Origin: Burkholderiales bacterium | GTDB lineage: Bacteria > Pseudomonadota > Gammaproteobacteria > Burkholderiales > Burkholderiaceae_C | NCBI GenBank assembly: GCA_038234975.1 | Contig: JBBSUK010000003.1 | Location: 1,678-65,677 of the forward strand | Length of the DNA stretch: 64,000 nucleotides | Direction of reading: 5' to 3' | Shown here: positions 8,408 to 18,977 of the stretch, piece by piece | How the letters are laid out: every line of letters starts with the position of its first letter | Numbering within the stretch: the stretch's first letter is position 1 | Program-made: the position numbers and the translations under genes | Notes under the pieces: model-generated | Seen by the model: the letters and a program-made list of their open reading frames with translations, nothing else | Database searches by the model: none | What the model was told of the DNA's origin: nothing

Positions 8408-9232
8408 ATGACATCGACTCCAACGAGCATCCGCATCGGCATCGGCGGCTGGACCTTCCCGCCGTGGCGCGACAACTTCTACCCGGCCGGGCTGCCGCCC
8501 GCCAGGGAGCTCGCCTACGCTGCCGAGCGCCTGACGGCGATCGAGATCAACGCGACCTACTACCGGCTGCAGTCGGCCGCGAGCTTCGCCAAGTGGCGCG
8601 ACTGCACGCCCGAAGGCTTCGTGTTCGCCGTGAAGGGCTCGAAGTACGTCACCAACCGGCGCGTGCTCGCCGAGGCGGGCGAATCGCTGCAGCGGTTCAT
8701 GTCAAGCGGCTTGATCGAGCTCGGCGACAAGCTCGGTCCCCTCGTCTGGCAGTTCGCGACGACCAAGGCGTTCGACGCCGAAGACTTCGGCGCCTTTCTT
8801 CGTCTGCTGCCACGCGAACTCGGTGGCCGCGCACTGCGCCATGCGGTGGAGGTGAGGCACCCGTCGTTCGTGTCCGAGGCCTTCGTCGAACTCGCTCGAG
8901 CCCATCGCGTCGCGTGTGTGTTCGCCGACTCCGACAAGTACCCGTCGTTCGCCGACCTGAGCGCCGACTTCGTGTATGCGCGACTGATGAAGACGGTGGC
9001 CGACGAGCCGACCGGCTATGCGCCGGATCGCATCGCGTTCTGGGCTGACGCAGCAGCGCGCTGGTCCGCCGGCGACGACCTAGCCGAGTTGCCGCACGCC
9101 GGCCCAGCCGCCGCCGCGCCTTTGCCGCGCGACGTCTACGCGTTTTTCATCAGCGGGGCGAAGGAGCGAGCGCCGGCTGCCGCGATGGCGACGATCGAAG
9201 CAGTCGAGCGCGGGCGGGCCACCCGCACGTGA
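8408..9232 (+). CDS. DUF72-family protein
   Basis: IGIGGW, EINATYY, FAVK, LGPLVWQF, AVEVRHPSF, YARL. Confidence 0.9.
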   Translation: MTSTPTSIRIGIGGWTFPPWRDNFYPAGLPPARELAYAAERLTAIEINATYYRLQSAASFAKWRDCTPEGFVFAVKGSKYVTNRRVLAEAGESLQRFMSSGLIELGDKLGPLVWQFATTKAFDAEDFGAFLRLLPRELGGRALRHAVEVRHPSFVSEAFVELARAHRVACVFADSDKYPSFADLSADFVYARLMKTVADEPTGYAPDRIAFWADAAARWSAGDDLAELPHAGPAAAAPLPRDVYAFFISGAKERAPAAAMATIEAVERGRATRT

Positions 9233-9233
9233 G

Positions 9234-9276
9234 CAAGCCCCGCGCGACGCCCTGAGAGCGGCGCGTGCGGGGCTTG
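9234..9276. terminator. Hairpin between convergent genes (probable terminator)
   Basis: 10-bp inverted repeat CAAGCCCCGC...GCGGGGCTTG with additional inner pairing. Confidence 0.55.
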
Positions 9277-9316
9277 AATGTTGCCGGGCCGCGGCAGAGT
9301 CGGGCCCGCGCCGAGG

Positions 9317-9481
9317 CTACGAGCCCCTGTTGCGTCCGAACAGGAATGCGGCGATCGCCAGGATGACGAAGACGACGAACAGGATCTTGGCGATGCCGGC
9401 TGCGCCCGCGGCGATGCCACCGAAGCCGAACAGCGCGGCGATCAGGGCGATGACGAAGAAGACGACGGCGTAGTGAAGCAT
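9317..9481 (-). CDS. DUF1328 (UPF0391) small membrane protein
   Basis: [35 protein letters not shown] signature. Confidence 0.93.
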   Translation of the reverse strand: MLHYAVVFFVIALIAALFGFGGIAAGAAGIAKILFVVFVILAIAAFLFGRNRGS

Positions 9482-9754
9482 GGTGGTGAACTCCTGGCTG
9501 CGCCCGGTTCGGAGGACCGAACGTCCAATGGCGTGCGGGCAATCATCGGCGTGGCGATCGACGCGGCGGATAGGTCGCACAGCAACGACCGTGTCGGTCG
9601 GCGCCGGGCGGCATGTCGGACGCTTCCGACGGGCACGGCATCGGGCCGGCGCAACGAAGTGCGGCAAACCGCGTCAGCCTTCACGCCCGTGGCCGTGTTG
9701 CCACCACGTCGCGGCTGAAGATATGCCGGTGCCTAGCAACGCCGGGAGATGTGA

Positions 9755-10171
9755 GTGAACGCAACGGAGATCGCGATCTACGCCGTCGAGACGAGGGCGA
9801 TCATCCACATCCTGTGGGGGCTGCTGCTCATCACCTCGATCACGCTGGTGAGCGTCGTCGTCATGCACGTGCTGCTGCGCCTGAAGCTGCGAACCGCCAA
9901 GCGACGTGAGGCCCAGTTCGCGCGGCACATCGCGTCGAAGGCGGAGGACGTCGCAAGGCTGGAGGCGCGCGTCGCCGAGCTGGCGACGGTCCAGTCGGGT
10001 CAGGACGAGGCGAAGGCCGAAGCGAAGCGACTCGAGGCGATCCGCGCCAAGACCGAGCAGCGGCTGGTCAAGCAGAACGCCGAGGTCGATCGGCTGCGCG
10101 CCAAGCTCACCGCGCAGGGTGCCGAGCTCGCGCACCTGCGCGCGCTGGTCGAGCACGTCGGCGACGTGTGA
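9755..10171 (+). CDS. Hypothetical protein: one TM helix plus coiled coil
   Basis: GGGAGA RBS, hydrophobic ILWGLLLITSITLVSVVVM segment, heptad-like C-terminus. Confidence 0.7.
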   Translation: MNATEIAIYAVETRAIIHILWGLLLITSITLVSVVVMHVLLRLKLRTAKRREAQFARHIASKAEDVARLEARVAELATVQSGQDEAKAEAKRLEAIRAKTEQRLVKQNAEVDRLRAKLTAQGAELAHLRALVEHVGDV

Positions 10172-10189
10172 GCCTGGCCGGCCGGCGAG

Positions 10190-13100
10190 CTACATGCTCC
10201 TGCGGTACTGCCCGCCGACCTCGAACAGCGCGTCGGTGATCTGGCCGAGCGAGCAGACGCGCACCGCGTCCATCAGCACGGCGAAGACGTTGCCGTTGTC
10301 GATCACGGTCTTTCTGAGCCGCTCGAGCATCGCCGGCGCTTCGCTGGCGTGGTCGGCGTGGAAGTCGGCGAGGCGCGTCAGCTGACTCTGCTTCTCGGCC
10401 TCGGTCGATCGCTGCAGCTCGACGTGTTCGGGTGCCGCGTCGCCCTTGGGGTTGCGGAAGGTGTTGACGCCGACGATCGGGTACTCGCCCGTGTGCTTGA
10501 GCATCTCGTAGTGCATCGACTCTTCCTGGATCTTGCCGCGCTGGTAGCCCGTCTCCATCGCGCCGAGCACGCCACCGCGCTCGGCGATGCGCTCGAACTC
10601 GGACAGCACGGCCTCCTCCACCAGCTCGGTCATCTCGTCGATGATGAACGCGCCCTGGTTCGGGTTCTCGTTCTTCGCCAGCCCCCATTCGCGGTTGATG
10701 ACGAGCTGGATCGCCATCGCCCGGCGCACGCTGTCCTCGGTCGGCGTGGTGATCGCCTCGTCGAAGGCGTTGGTGTGCAGCGAGTTGCAGTTGTCATAGA
10801 TCGCGATCAGGGCCTGCAGGGTGGTGCGGATGTCGTTGAACTGCACCTCCTGCGCATGCAGGCTGCGTCCGCTCGTCTGCACGTGGTACTTGAGCTTTTG
10901 CGAGCGCTCGTTGGCGCCGTAGCGCTCGCGCATCGCCACCGCCCAGATGCGCCGCGCCACCCGGCCCATCACCGTGTATTCCGGGTCCATGCCGTTGGAG
11001 AAGAAGAACGACAGGTTGGGCGCGAAGTCGTCGATCTTCATGCCGCGCGCCAGATACGCCTCGACGAAGGTGAAGCCGTTGGAGAGCGTGAAGGCGAGCT
11101 GGCTGATCGGGTTCGCGCCCGCTTCGGCGATGTGATAGCCCGAGATCGAGACCGAGTAGAAGTTCTTCACGTCGTGTGCGACGAACCACTCGGCGATGTC
11201 GCCCATCACCTTGAGGCTGAATTCGGTCGAGAAGATGCAGGTGTTCTGGCCCTGGTCCTCCTTGAGGATGTCGGCCTGCACGGTGCCGCGCACGTTGGCG
11301 AGCGCCCAGGCGCGGATCTTCGCAGCTTCATCGTCGGTCGGCTGGCGGCCGTTGTCGGCTGCGAACCTGTCGAGGTTCTGGTCGATCGCGGTGTTCATGA
11401 ACATCGCCAGGATCGTCGGCGCAGGGCCGTTGATCGTCATCGACACCGAGGTCGCAGGATTGGTCAGGTCGAACCCGCCGTACAGCACCTCCAGGTCGGC
11501 CAGCGTCGCGATCGACACGCCGGAGTTGCCGACCTTGCCGTAGATGTCGGGACGCACGGCCGGGTCGTGCCCGTAGAGCGTGACCGAGTCGAAAGCCGTC
11601 GACAGGCGCTTGGCGGGCATGCCTTCGGAGAGGAGCTTGAAGCGGCGATTGGTCTTGAACGCGTCGCCCTCGCCGGCGAACATGCGGGTCGGATCCTCGT
11701 TCTCGCGCTTGAAGGCGAAGGTGCCGGCGGTGTAGGGGAAGGAGCCCGGCACGTTGTCGAGCAGCAGCCACTTCAGGATCTCGCCGTCGTCTTCCCACGT
11801 CGGCAGCGCCACCTTGCGGACCTTGCTGCCTGACAGCGTGGTGTGGGTCAGCGCGGTGCGGATCTCCTTGTCGCGGATGCGGACGACGTATTCGTCGCCG
11901 GCGTAGGCCTTCTGCATGTCGGGCCACATCGCGAGCAGCTTCTTCGCACGCGGCGCAAGCCTCGATTCGCGATCGGTGGCGAGCGCTTCGAGTTCGACCG
12001 TGGCGCCGGCGGATTGCGCCTTCGCCTTTTCGAGCATCCGGCCGCTCGCGCGGAGCTGCTGCACCTCTCGCGCCATGCGCGACTGCGCCAGTGCCTCCTG
12101 CTTGTAGTCGCGGACCGTGTCGGCGATCTCGGCAAGGTAGCGTGCCCGCGACGGTGGCACGATCGGAACCTGGTGCGTGCTGTGTCGCGTCGCGACGGTA
12201 GGCAGCGTGGCGGGCTGGAGCGCGAGCCCTAGCGCGGCGAGCCGCGGCACCATCGCCTGGTAGAGCGCGGTCACGCCGTCGTCGTTGAAGCGGCTGGCCA
12301 TCGTGCCGAAGACCGGCATCGCGGCGGGCTTCTCGGCGAATGCGCTGCGGTTGCGCTGTACCTGCTTGGCGACGTCGCGGAGCGCGTCGGCGGCGCCCTT
12401 GCGATCGAACTTGTTGATCGCCACGAACTCCGCGAAGTCGAGCATGTCGATCTTCTCGAGCTGGCTGGCGGCGCCGTACTCCGGTGTCATCACGTAGACC
12501 GGCACGTCGACCAGCGGCACGATCGCCGCGTCGCCCTGGCCGATGCCCGAGGTCTCGACGACGACGAGGTCGAATCCGGCGGCCCTGACCGCGGCGAGCA
12601 CGTCGGGCAGCGCCTGGCTGATCTCGGAGCTCGCGTCGCGCGTGGCGAGCGAGCGCATGAAGACACGTGGCCCGTCGCTCCACGGTCCGATCGCGTTCAT
12701 GCGGATGCGGTCGCCGAGCAGCGCGCCGCCGCTCTTGCGCCGGCTCGGGTCGATCGAGATCACGGCGATCTGCAGCCGGTCGCCCTGGTCGAGGCGCAGG
12801 CGCCGGATCAGCTCGTCGGTCAGGCTCGACTTGCCGGCACCGCCCGTGCCGGTGATGCCGACGACCGGCGTGTTCGCCGCCTTCGCCTCGCTGCGCACCG
12901 CATCGAGCAGCTTCGGCGCGACCGCCCGGTTCTCGATCGCCGTGATCAGCTGCGCCAAGGCGCGGCGGGCCGACGGCGAATCGCCGCGGATCGCCTCGAC
13001 TGTTTCCGGCGCAGCGGGTGACAGGTCGACGTCGCAGCGCATCACCATCTCGCCGATCATTCCCTGCAGGCCCATGCGCTGCCCATCCTCGGGGCTGAAG

Positions 13101-13483
13101 ATGCGCGCCACGCCGGCGGCGTGCAGCTCGGCGATCTCGGTCGGCACGATGACGCCGCCGCCGCCGCCGAACACCTGGATCTCCCCGCCGCCCTGCTCGC
13201 GCAGCCGTTCGAGCATGTACTTGAAGTACTCGACGTGGCCGCCCTGGTAGGAGCTGATGGCGATGCCCTGCACGTCTTCCTGCAGCGCCGCGGTCACCAC
13301 GTCGTCGACCGAACGGTTGTGGCCGAGGTGGATCACCTCGGTGCCCATCCCCTGCAGGATGCGGCGCATGATGTTGATGGCGGCGTCGTGGCCGTCGAAC
13401 AGGCTCGCCGCGGTGACGAAGCGGACCTTGTGCTTCGGGCGGTACTCGGCGAGTGCGCGGTAGTCGGCGGAAAGTTCGGTCAT
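10190..13483 (-). CDS. icmF: Fused isobutyryl-CoA mutase / MeaI GTPase
   Basis: 1097 aa: B12-binding [12 protein letters not shown], GTPase GTGGAGKSS, and mutase domain TRMFAGEG...[11 protein letters not shown]. Confidence 0.95.
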   Translation of the reverse strand: MTELSADYRALAEYRPKHKVRFVTAASLFDGHDAAINIMRRILQGMGTEVIHLGHNRSVDDVVTAALQEDVQGIAISSYQGGHVEYFKYMLERLREQGGGEIQVFGGGGGVIVPTEIAELHAAGVARIFSPEDGQRMGLQGMIGEMVMRCDVDLSPAAPETVEAIRGDSPSARRALAQLITAIENRAVAPKLLDAVRSEAKAANTPVVGITGTGGAGKSSLTDELIRRLRLDQGDRLQIAVISIDPSRRKSGGALLGDRIRMNAIGPWSDGPRVFMRSLATRDASSEISQALPDVLAAVRAAGFDLVVVETSGIGQGDAAIVPLVDVPVYVMTPEYGAASQLEKIDMLDFAEFVAINKFDRKGAADALRDVAKQVQRNRSAFAEKPAAMPVFGTMASRFNDDGVTALYQAMVPRLAALGLALQPATLPTVATRHSTHQVPIVPPSRARYLAEIADTVRDYKQEALAQSRMAREVQQLRASGRMLEKAKAQSAGATVELEALATDRESRLAPRAKKLLAMWPDMQKAYAGDEYVVRIRDKEIRTALTHTTLSGSKVRKVALPTWEDDGEILKWLLLDNVPGSFPYTAGTFAFKRENEDPTRMFAGEGDAFKTNRRFKLLSEGMPAKRLSTAFDSVTLYGHDPAVRPDIYGKVGNSGVSIATLADLEVLYGGFDLTNPATSVSMTINGPAPTILAMFMNTAIDQNLDRFAADNGRQPTDDEAAKIRAWALANVRGTVQADILKEDQGQNTCIFSTEFSLKVMGDIAEWFVAHDVKNFYSVSISGYHIAEAGANPISQLAFTLSNGFTFVEAYLARGMKIDDFAPNLSFFFSNGMDPEYTVMGRVARRIWAVAMRERYGANERSQKLKYHVQTSGRSLHAQEVQFNDIRTTLQALIAIYDNCNSLHTNAFDEAITTPTEDSVRRAMAIQLVINREWGLAKNENPNQGAFIIDEMTELVEEAVLSEFERIAERGGVLGAMETGYQRGKIQEESMHYEMLKHTGEYPIVGVNTFRNPKGDAAPEHVELQRSTEAEKQSQLTRLADFHADHASEAPAMLERLRKTVIDNGNVFAVLMDAVRVCSLGQITDALFEVGGQYRRSM

Positions 13484-13508
13484 GGGGCGATGTCCTTGCG
13501 CTTCGTCG

Positions 13509-14360
13509 TCAGACGATCTTCAGCTTCGCGAGCTTCGGGTCGCCGGGCGGATAGCGCAGCTTCAGCCCGCTCAATGCTTCCTTCACTGCCGTGGCGATCA
13601 TCAGGTTGCGGTGGGTCTTCGAGTCGGCGGGGACGATCGTCCACGGCGCCCACGGCGTTCCGGTGGCGGCGATCGTCTCCGAGTAGGCGCGCTGGTAGGC
13701 GTCCCAGTGTTTGCGCGTGTCGAGGTCACCGCCGGCGAACTTCCAGTGCTTGGTCGGGTCGTCCAGGCGTGCCTGCAGCCGCTCGCGCTGCTCGTCCTTC
13801 GAGATGTGGAGCAGGAACTTGAGGACCAGCGTGCCGGTCTCGGCGAGCATCCGCTCGAAGGCGTTGATATGGGCGTAGCGGCGGATCGTCTCGTCGCGGT
13901 CGATCCAGCCCATGACCGGCGGCACCAGCACGTCCTCGTAGTGGCTGCGGTTGAAGATCGTGATCTCGCCTGCGGCCGGAACCTGGGCGTGGATGCGCCA
14001 GAGAAAGTCATGGGCGCGCTCGACCTCGGTCGGCGCCTTCCATCCCACGGCATGCACGCCGAGCGCGCTGGTGCGGCTGAATACGCCGCGTATGGTGCCG
14101 TCCTTGCCGGCCGTGTCGGTACCCTGCAGCACGACCAGGACCTTGTAGCGCCGGTCGGCGTAGAGCAGGTCCTGCAGCGCGTCGATATCCTCTGCCAGTC
14201 GGTCGACGACCTCCTTGTCGTCGCCCTTGTCGCCGCTCGAGAACGGCTTGGCGCCGGGGTCGAAGCGGGTCAGCTCGAAGGTCGCGTCGGCGGCGATTCC
14301 GGCGGCGCCCGGACCCGACCATCTGAAATCGTCGAGCGTCGGGGCAGGGGTCTTCGGCAC
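13509..14360 (-). CDS. ppk2: Polyphosphate kinase 2 (class III-like)
   Basis: Walker [35 protein letters not shown] start estimated. Confidence 0.9.
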   Translation of the reverse strand: MPKTPAPTLDDFRWSGPGAAGIAADATFELTRFDPGAKPFSSGDKGDDKEVVDRLAEDIDALQDLLYADRRYKVLVVLQGTDTAGKDGTIRGVFSRTSALGVHAVGWKAPTEVERAHDFLWRIHAQVPAAGEITIFNRSHYEDVLVPPVMGWIDRDETIRRYAHINAFERMLAETGTLVLKFLLHISKDEQRERLQARLDDPTKHWKFAGGDLDTRKHWDAYQRAYSETIAATGTPWAPWTIVPADSKTHRNLMIATAVKEALSGLKLRYPPGDPKLAKLKIV

Positions 14361-14459
14361 GCAGCTTCCTCTTGCAGGGGTTGCGGCAGTGTACGCAGCG
14401 GCGCAGCGAAACACGGCATCATCGAAGCCCGTGCCGAGCGCCGGTCGAGGGAGGCAGCC

Positions 14460-14897
14460 ATGCAGACGATGATCACCCGCGTCCTCACCGCCCTCGCGCT
14501 CGCCGTCGGCCTGGCCGGGCCGGCCGCGGCCGAACCGGTGTCGGCGGCCGACACCGAGGCCGTCCGCAGCCTCGTCGAGGCGCAGCTCGCGGCGTTCGCC
14601 GCCGAAGATTCGGAACGTGCCTTCGGCTACGCCGCGCCGACCATCCGCGAGGCGTTCGGCAACAGCGCCGAGCGCTTCATGACGATGGTGCGCTCGAGCT
14701 ATCCGATGGTGTATCGGCCGTCGGAGGTCGTCTTCCTCCGGCCGGAGTGGGTCGACGGCACGCTGGTCCAGGGCGTGCAGATGACCGACGCGGGCGGGCG
14801 TCTGTGGCTGGCTGTCTACAACCTCGATCGCCAGCCCGACCGAAGCTGGCGCATCGCCGGTTGCTCGGTGCGCCCGCAAACCGGCCGCCTGACCTGA
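14460..14897 (+). CDS. DUF4864-family exported protein
   Basis: Signal peptide ending AAA, then VEAQLAAF...RAFGYA...FMTMVRSSYPMVYRP. Confidence 0.75.
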   Translation: MQTMITRVLTALALAVGLAGPAAAEPVSAADTEAVRSLVEAQLAAFAAEDSERAFGYAAPTIREAFGNSAERFMTMVRSSYPMVYRPSEVVFLRPEWVDGTLVQGVQMTDAGGRLWLAVYNLDRQPDRSWRIAGCSVRPQTGRLT

Positions 14898-14909
14898 ACC
14901 GGGCTCTCG

Positions 14910-15677
14910 ATGCACTTCCTCGCCATCGACGTCGGGAACACGCGCCTCAAGTGGGCGCTGTACGCGGCGCCGCGGCCGGGTGCCGGCCTCATCGCGCAGG
15001 GCGCCGCATTCCTCGAAGCGATCGACGGCCTGGCCGAGACGGCCTGGGCCAAGCTGCCGGCGCCGACCTCGATGCTGGGCTCGATCGTCGCCGGCGAGGG
15101 CGTGCGGCGTCGCACCGAAGAACAGCTCGAGATCTGGGACGTCGAGCCGAGGTGGGTCGTGAGCACCGCGTCGGCCGGCGGGGTCAGCAACGGCTACGAC
15201 CACCCGAATCGGCTCGGCGTCGACCGCTTCGTGGCGATGGTCGGCGCCCGGCAGCGGCTGCTCGCGCGGGGCGACGCGAGGCCGGCGCTGGTGGTCATGG
15301 TCGGCACCGCGGTGACGGTCGATGCGCTCGACACCGACGGCAACTTCCTCGGCGGCGTCATCCTGCCCGGCTTCGGGCTCATGCTGCGAGCGCTCGAGAT
15401 GGGCACCGCCGGGCTCAAGGCGCCAACCGGCGATGCGGTCGAGTTTCCGACCAACACCAGCGACGCGCTGATGAGCGGCGGATCGGACGCGATCGCCGGC
15501 GCCGTCGATCGCATGGCGGCCAAGGTCGCGCGGCGCTGTGGCGCCGAGCCGGCCATCCTCATGGGCGGCGGCGCCGCCACGAAGCTCGCGTCGATCACGG
15601 AGCGACCGGTCGAGATGGTCGACACGCTGATCTTCGACGGTCTCCTGCACCTGCAGAGCAAGCGCCTCGCCCTGTGA
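14910..15677 (+). CDS. coaX: Type III pantothenate kinase
   Basis: [29 protein letters not shown]. Confidence 0.92.
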   Translation: MHFLAIDVGNTRLKWALYAAPRPGAGLIAQGAAFLEAIDGLAETAWAKLPAPTSMLGSIVAGEGVRRRTEEQLEIWDVEPRWVVSTASAGGVSNGYDHPNRLGVDRFVAMVGARQRLLARGDARPALVVMVGTAVTVDALDTDGNFLGGVILPGFGLMLRALEMGTAGLKAPTGDAVEFPTNTSDALMSGGSDAIAGAVDRMAAKVARRCGAEPAILMGGGAATKLASITERPVEMVDTLIFDGLLHLQSKRLAL

Positions 15678-16180
15678 CCGTGCGCAACATCCAGCCGGGC
15701 AAGGCCAGCACGCACACGGCGACGTGCGTCTGGACGCGGCCCGAAGCGACAACGCCCGCCGACTTTCGCGCCGGGCGCTACCCGCGGCGGCACGCGCTGC
15801 GTTTCGACGGTGGCGCCGAGGTGGCGGCGTCGTCGTCGCCGCACAACGTGCCGCTGCCGTGGTCGGACGACGCGGCGGTCGATCCGGAAGAAGCCTTTGT
15901 CGCAGCGCTGTCAAGCTGCCACATGCTGTTCTTTCTGTCGTTCGCCGCGCGCGACGGCTTCATCGTCGATGCGTACGAAGACGCCGCGGAGGGAACGTGC
16001 GAGCGCGCCGCCGACGGGCGCGAGCAGATGACAGTGGTGACGCTGCGCCCTCGGGCGACGTTCTCTGGCGAGCGGGTGCCGACACAGGAGCAAGTCGAGC
16101 GGCTCCATCACCGCTCGCACGACGCCTGCTACATCGCCAGTTCGGTGAAGACCGACGTGCGCGTCGAGCCGCGGGGCTGA
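15674..16180 (+). CDS. OsmC/Ohr-family protein
   Basis: [16 protein letters not shown] and [10 protein letters not shown], giving two conserved Cys. GTGA overlap with coaX. Confidence 0.88.
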   Translation: MTVRNIQPGKASTHTATCVWTRPEATTPADFRAGRYPRRHALRFDGGAEVAASSSPHNVPLPWSDDAAVDPEEAFVAALSSCHMLFFLSFAARDGFIVDAYEDAAEGTCERAADGREQMTVVTLRPRATFSGERVPTQEQVERLHHRSHDACYIASSVKTDVRVEPRG

Positions 16181-16184
16181 ACGC

Positions 16185-16943
16185 TCACTGTCGGTAGCCC
16201 GGCAGCTCGCGGTCGAGCACGCGCATCATCGCCTCGAAGTAGAGCCGCTCGCGCTCGGGTCGCCGATGGCTGTCGTCTGGATTCGGCGCCTGGACCCGGG
16301 CCGCCACGGCGTCGGAGAGCACCGAAAGCGCCCGGCCGGTGCCCATCGCCAGCACCTGATTGCGGCACACCCGCTCGAGGCGGTAGAGCGTGCGATAGGC
16401 CTGCGCCACGCTCTCGCCGGTGACGAGCACGCCGTGGTTGCGCATGAAGACGACCGGCTTCGTGCCCATCAACGAGGCCAGTCGCTCGCCTTCCTCGAGC
16501 GTGTCGGCGAGGCCGCTGTAGTCGTCGTCGTAGGCGATCCGTTCGTGGAAGAAGGCGGCCGTCTGGCTGGCCGGCAGCAGCCGGTTGTCCTCGAGCATGT
16601 TGAGCGCCATCGCCCACGTCTGATGCGTGTGCAGGACGACCCGCGCAGCCGTGCGGCGATGGATCGGTACGTGGATGCACCGGGCCGAGAGTTCGAGCGA
16701 GCCCGGTGCGCCCTCGACGACACGGCCATCGTCGTCGAAGACGATCAGGTTGCTCGCGCTCGCTTCGGACCAGTGCAGGCCATAGGGCAGGCCGAGGTAG
16801 TGCCCGTCGCGGCCGGGCAGCGTCATCGTGAAGTGGTTGTCGATGCCCTCTTCGAGTTCGTGCAGCACGGCGAGCCGGTGCGCCGCGGCGAGATGGACGC
16901 GGGCGTCGGCCACGGCGGCCGGGTCGATCGGGTGGACGGACAT
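16185..16943 (-). CDS. Class II aldolase/adducin-family protein
   Basis: NHFT, IHVPIH, VVLHTH, FMRNHGVLV. Confidence 0.88.
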   Translation of the reverse strand: MSVHPIDPAAVADARVHLAAAHRLAVLHELEEGIDNHFTMTLPGRDGHYLGLPYGLHWSEASASNLIVFDDDGRVVEGAPGSLELSARCIHVPIHRRTAARVVLHTHQTWAMALNMLEDNRLLPASQTAAFFHERIAYDDDYSGLADTLEEGERLASLMGTKPVVFMRNHGVLVTGESVAQAYRTLYRLERVCRNQVLAMGTGRALSVLSDAVAARVQAPNPDDSHRRPERERLYFEAMMRVLDRELPGYRQ

Positions 16944-16963
16944 CGGCAGTCTCCACGGCGCAG

Positions 16964-18295
16964 CTACAGGATGTAGCGCGACAGGTCCTCGTTCTTCGCC
17001 AGGTCGGCAAGCTTCGCGTCGACCGCGGCGGCGTCGATCACGACCGTCTGCCCGCTGCGGTTCGGCGCATCGAAGCTGATCTCGTCGAGCAGACGCTCCA
17101 TCACCGTCGCCAGGCGCCGGGCGCCGATGTTCTCGGTGCGCTCGTTGACGTCGAACGAGAGCTGGGCGATGCGGCGGATCGCGTCGGGCGCGATGTCGAG
17201 GGTGACGCCTTCGGTCGCGAGCAGCATGGTGTATTGCTTGACGAGGCTTGCCTGGGTCTGCGTGAGGATGGCCTCGAAGTCGTCGACCGACAGCGGCCCG
17301 AGCTCGACGCGGATCGGGAACCGCCCCTGCAGCTCGGGGATCAGGTCGCTCGGCTTGGCGAAGTGGAACGCGCCCGAGGCGATGAACAGGATGTGGTCCG
17401 TCTTGACCATGCCGTACTTGGTGTTGACGGTGGTGCCCTCCACGAGCGGCAGCAGGTCGCGCTGCACGCCCTGGCGCGACACGTCGGCGCCCTGCGACTC
17501 CGAGCGCGATGCGACCTTGTCGATCTCGTCGAGGAAGACGATGCCGTTCTGCTCGGCGTTGTGCAGCGCGGCGGCCTTGACTTCGTCGTCGTTGACGAGC
17601 TTGTCGGCTTCCTCGTCGACGAGGAGCTTCCTCGCCTCGCCGATCCGGAGCTTGCGAACCTTCTTCTTGCTCGCGCCCCCGACGCTGGCGAACATGCCGC
17701 GCAGCTGCTCGGTCATCTCCTCCATGCCGGCCGGGCCCATGATCTCCATCGACGGCTTGGGCTCGGCGAGCTCGAGCTCGATCTCGCGGTCGTCGAGCGT
17801 GCCCTCGCGCAGGCGCTTGCGCATCACTTGGCGCGCCGTGTTCTCGGCCGAGGGCGACGGCGCGAGGCCGAGCTCGTCGCGCGCGCCGGGAACGAGCACG
17901 GCGAGGATGCGCTCCTCGGCGGCATCCTCGGCGCGGCCGCGATGCTGCTTCACCGCCTGCTCGCGCTCCTGCTTCACGGCGATGTCGACCAGGTCGCGAA
18001 CGATCGAGTCGACGTCCTTGCCGACATAGCCGACCTCGGTGAACTTGGTCGCCTCGACCTTGATGAAGGGCGCGTCGGCGAGCTTGGCCAGGCGGCGCGC
18101 GATCTCGGTCTTGCCGACGCCCGTCGGCCCGATCATGAGGATGTTCTTCGGCGTGATCTCGGCGCGCATCGCGCCGTCGATCTGCCGCCGCCGCCAGCGG
18201 TTGCGCAGGGCGATCGCGACGGCGCGCTTGGCATCGCGCTGGCCGACGATGTGCCGGTCGAGCTCGGACACGATCTCCTGCGGCGTCATGCTCAT
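16964..18295 (-). CDS. hslU: ATP-dependent protease ATPase subunit
   Basis: [40 protein letters not shown]. Confidence 0.97.
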   Translation of the reverse strand: MSMTPQEIVSELDRHIVGQRDAKRAVAIALRNRWRRRQIDGAMRAEITPKNILMIGPTGVGKTEIARRLAKLADAPFIKVEATKFTEVGYVGKDVDSIVRDLVDIAVKQEREQAVKQHRGRAEDAAEERILAVLVPGARDELGLAPSPSAENTARQVMRKRLREGTLDDREIELELAEPKPSMEIMGPAGMEEMTEQLRGMFASVGGASKKKVRKLRIGEARKLLVDEEADKLVNDDEVKAAALHNAEQNGIVFLDEIDKVASRSESQGADVSRQGVQRDLLPLVEGTTVNTKYGMVKTDHILFIASGAFHFAKPSDLIPELQGRFPIRVELGPLSVDDFEAILTQTQASLVKQYTMLLATEGVTLDIAPDAIRRIAQLSFDVNERTENIGARRLATVMERLLDEISFDAPNRSGQTVVIDAAAVDAKLADLAKNEDLSRYIL

Positions 18296-18383
18296 GACGG
18301 TGCCCCCACGCTTGCGGCTCGCGCCGCTGCGCTGCCCCCCACGGGGGCGCGGCCGGGCTTGGGAGCGGCCCGGCGCCCGGCCG

Positions 18384-18920
18384 TCATCCGAGCACCTCCA
18401 CGGTGTGGCTCTGGTTCGTGTAGATGCACAGGTCGCCGGCGATCTCGAGCGAGCGCTTGACGATCTCCGCGGGCGCCATCTCGGTGTGCTGCAGCAGCGC
18501 CCGCGCCGCGGCACTGGCGTAGGAGCCGCCCGAGCCGATGGCGACGATGCCGTGCTCGGGCTCGAGCACGTCGCCGTTGCCGGTGATGATGAGCGACGAC
18601 TCGTGGTCGGCGACGGCGAGCATCGCCTCGAGCCGGCGCAGGACGCGATCGGTGCGCCAGTCCTTCGTCAGCTCGATGGCGGAACGCACGAGGTTCCCCT
18701 GGTGTTTCTCGAGCTTGGCCTCGAAGCGCTCGAACAGGGTGAAGGCATCGGCCGTCGCGCCGGCGAAGCCGGCGAGCACCCGGTCGTGGTGAAGCCTGCG
18801 CACCTTGCGAGCCGTCGCCTTGACGACGAGATTGCCGAGCGTGACCTGACCGTCGCCGCCGAGCGCGACGAGGGCGCCGCGCCGGACGCTGACGATCGTC
18901 GTGCCGTGGTAGCTGTCCAT
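18384..18920 (-). CDS. hslV: ATP-dependent protease peptidase subunit
   Basis: TTIVSVRR N-terminal Thr nucleophile, [14 protein letters not shown]. Confidence 0.97.
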   Translation of the reverse strand: MDSYHGTTIVSVRRGALVALGGDGQVTLGNLVVKATARKVRRLHHDRVLAGFAGATADAFTLFERFEAKLEKHQGNLVRSAIELTKDWRTDRVLRRLEAMLAVADHESSLIITGNGDVLEPEHGIVAIGSGGSYASAAARALLQHTEMAPAEIVKRSLEIAGDLCIYTNQSHTVEVLG

Positions 18921-18977
18921 CGGGCGGAGATTGTGGCTCGGCGCCGCGCCTTCAAGCGCTTGCGCCCCGGACGGTGC

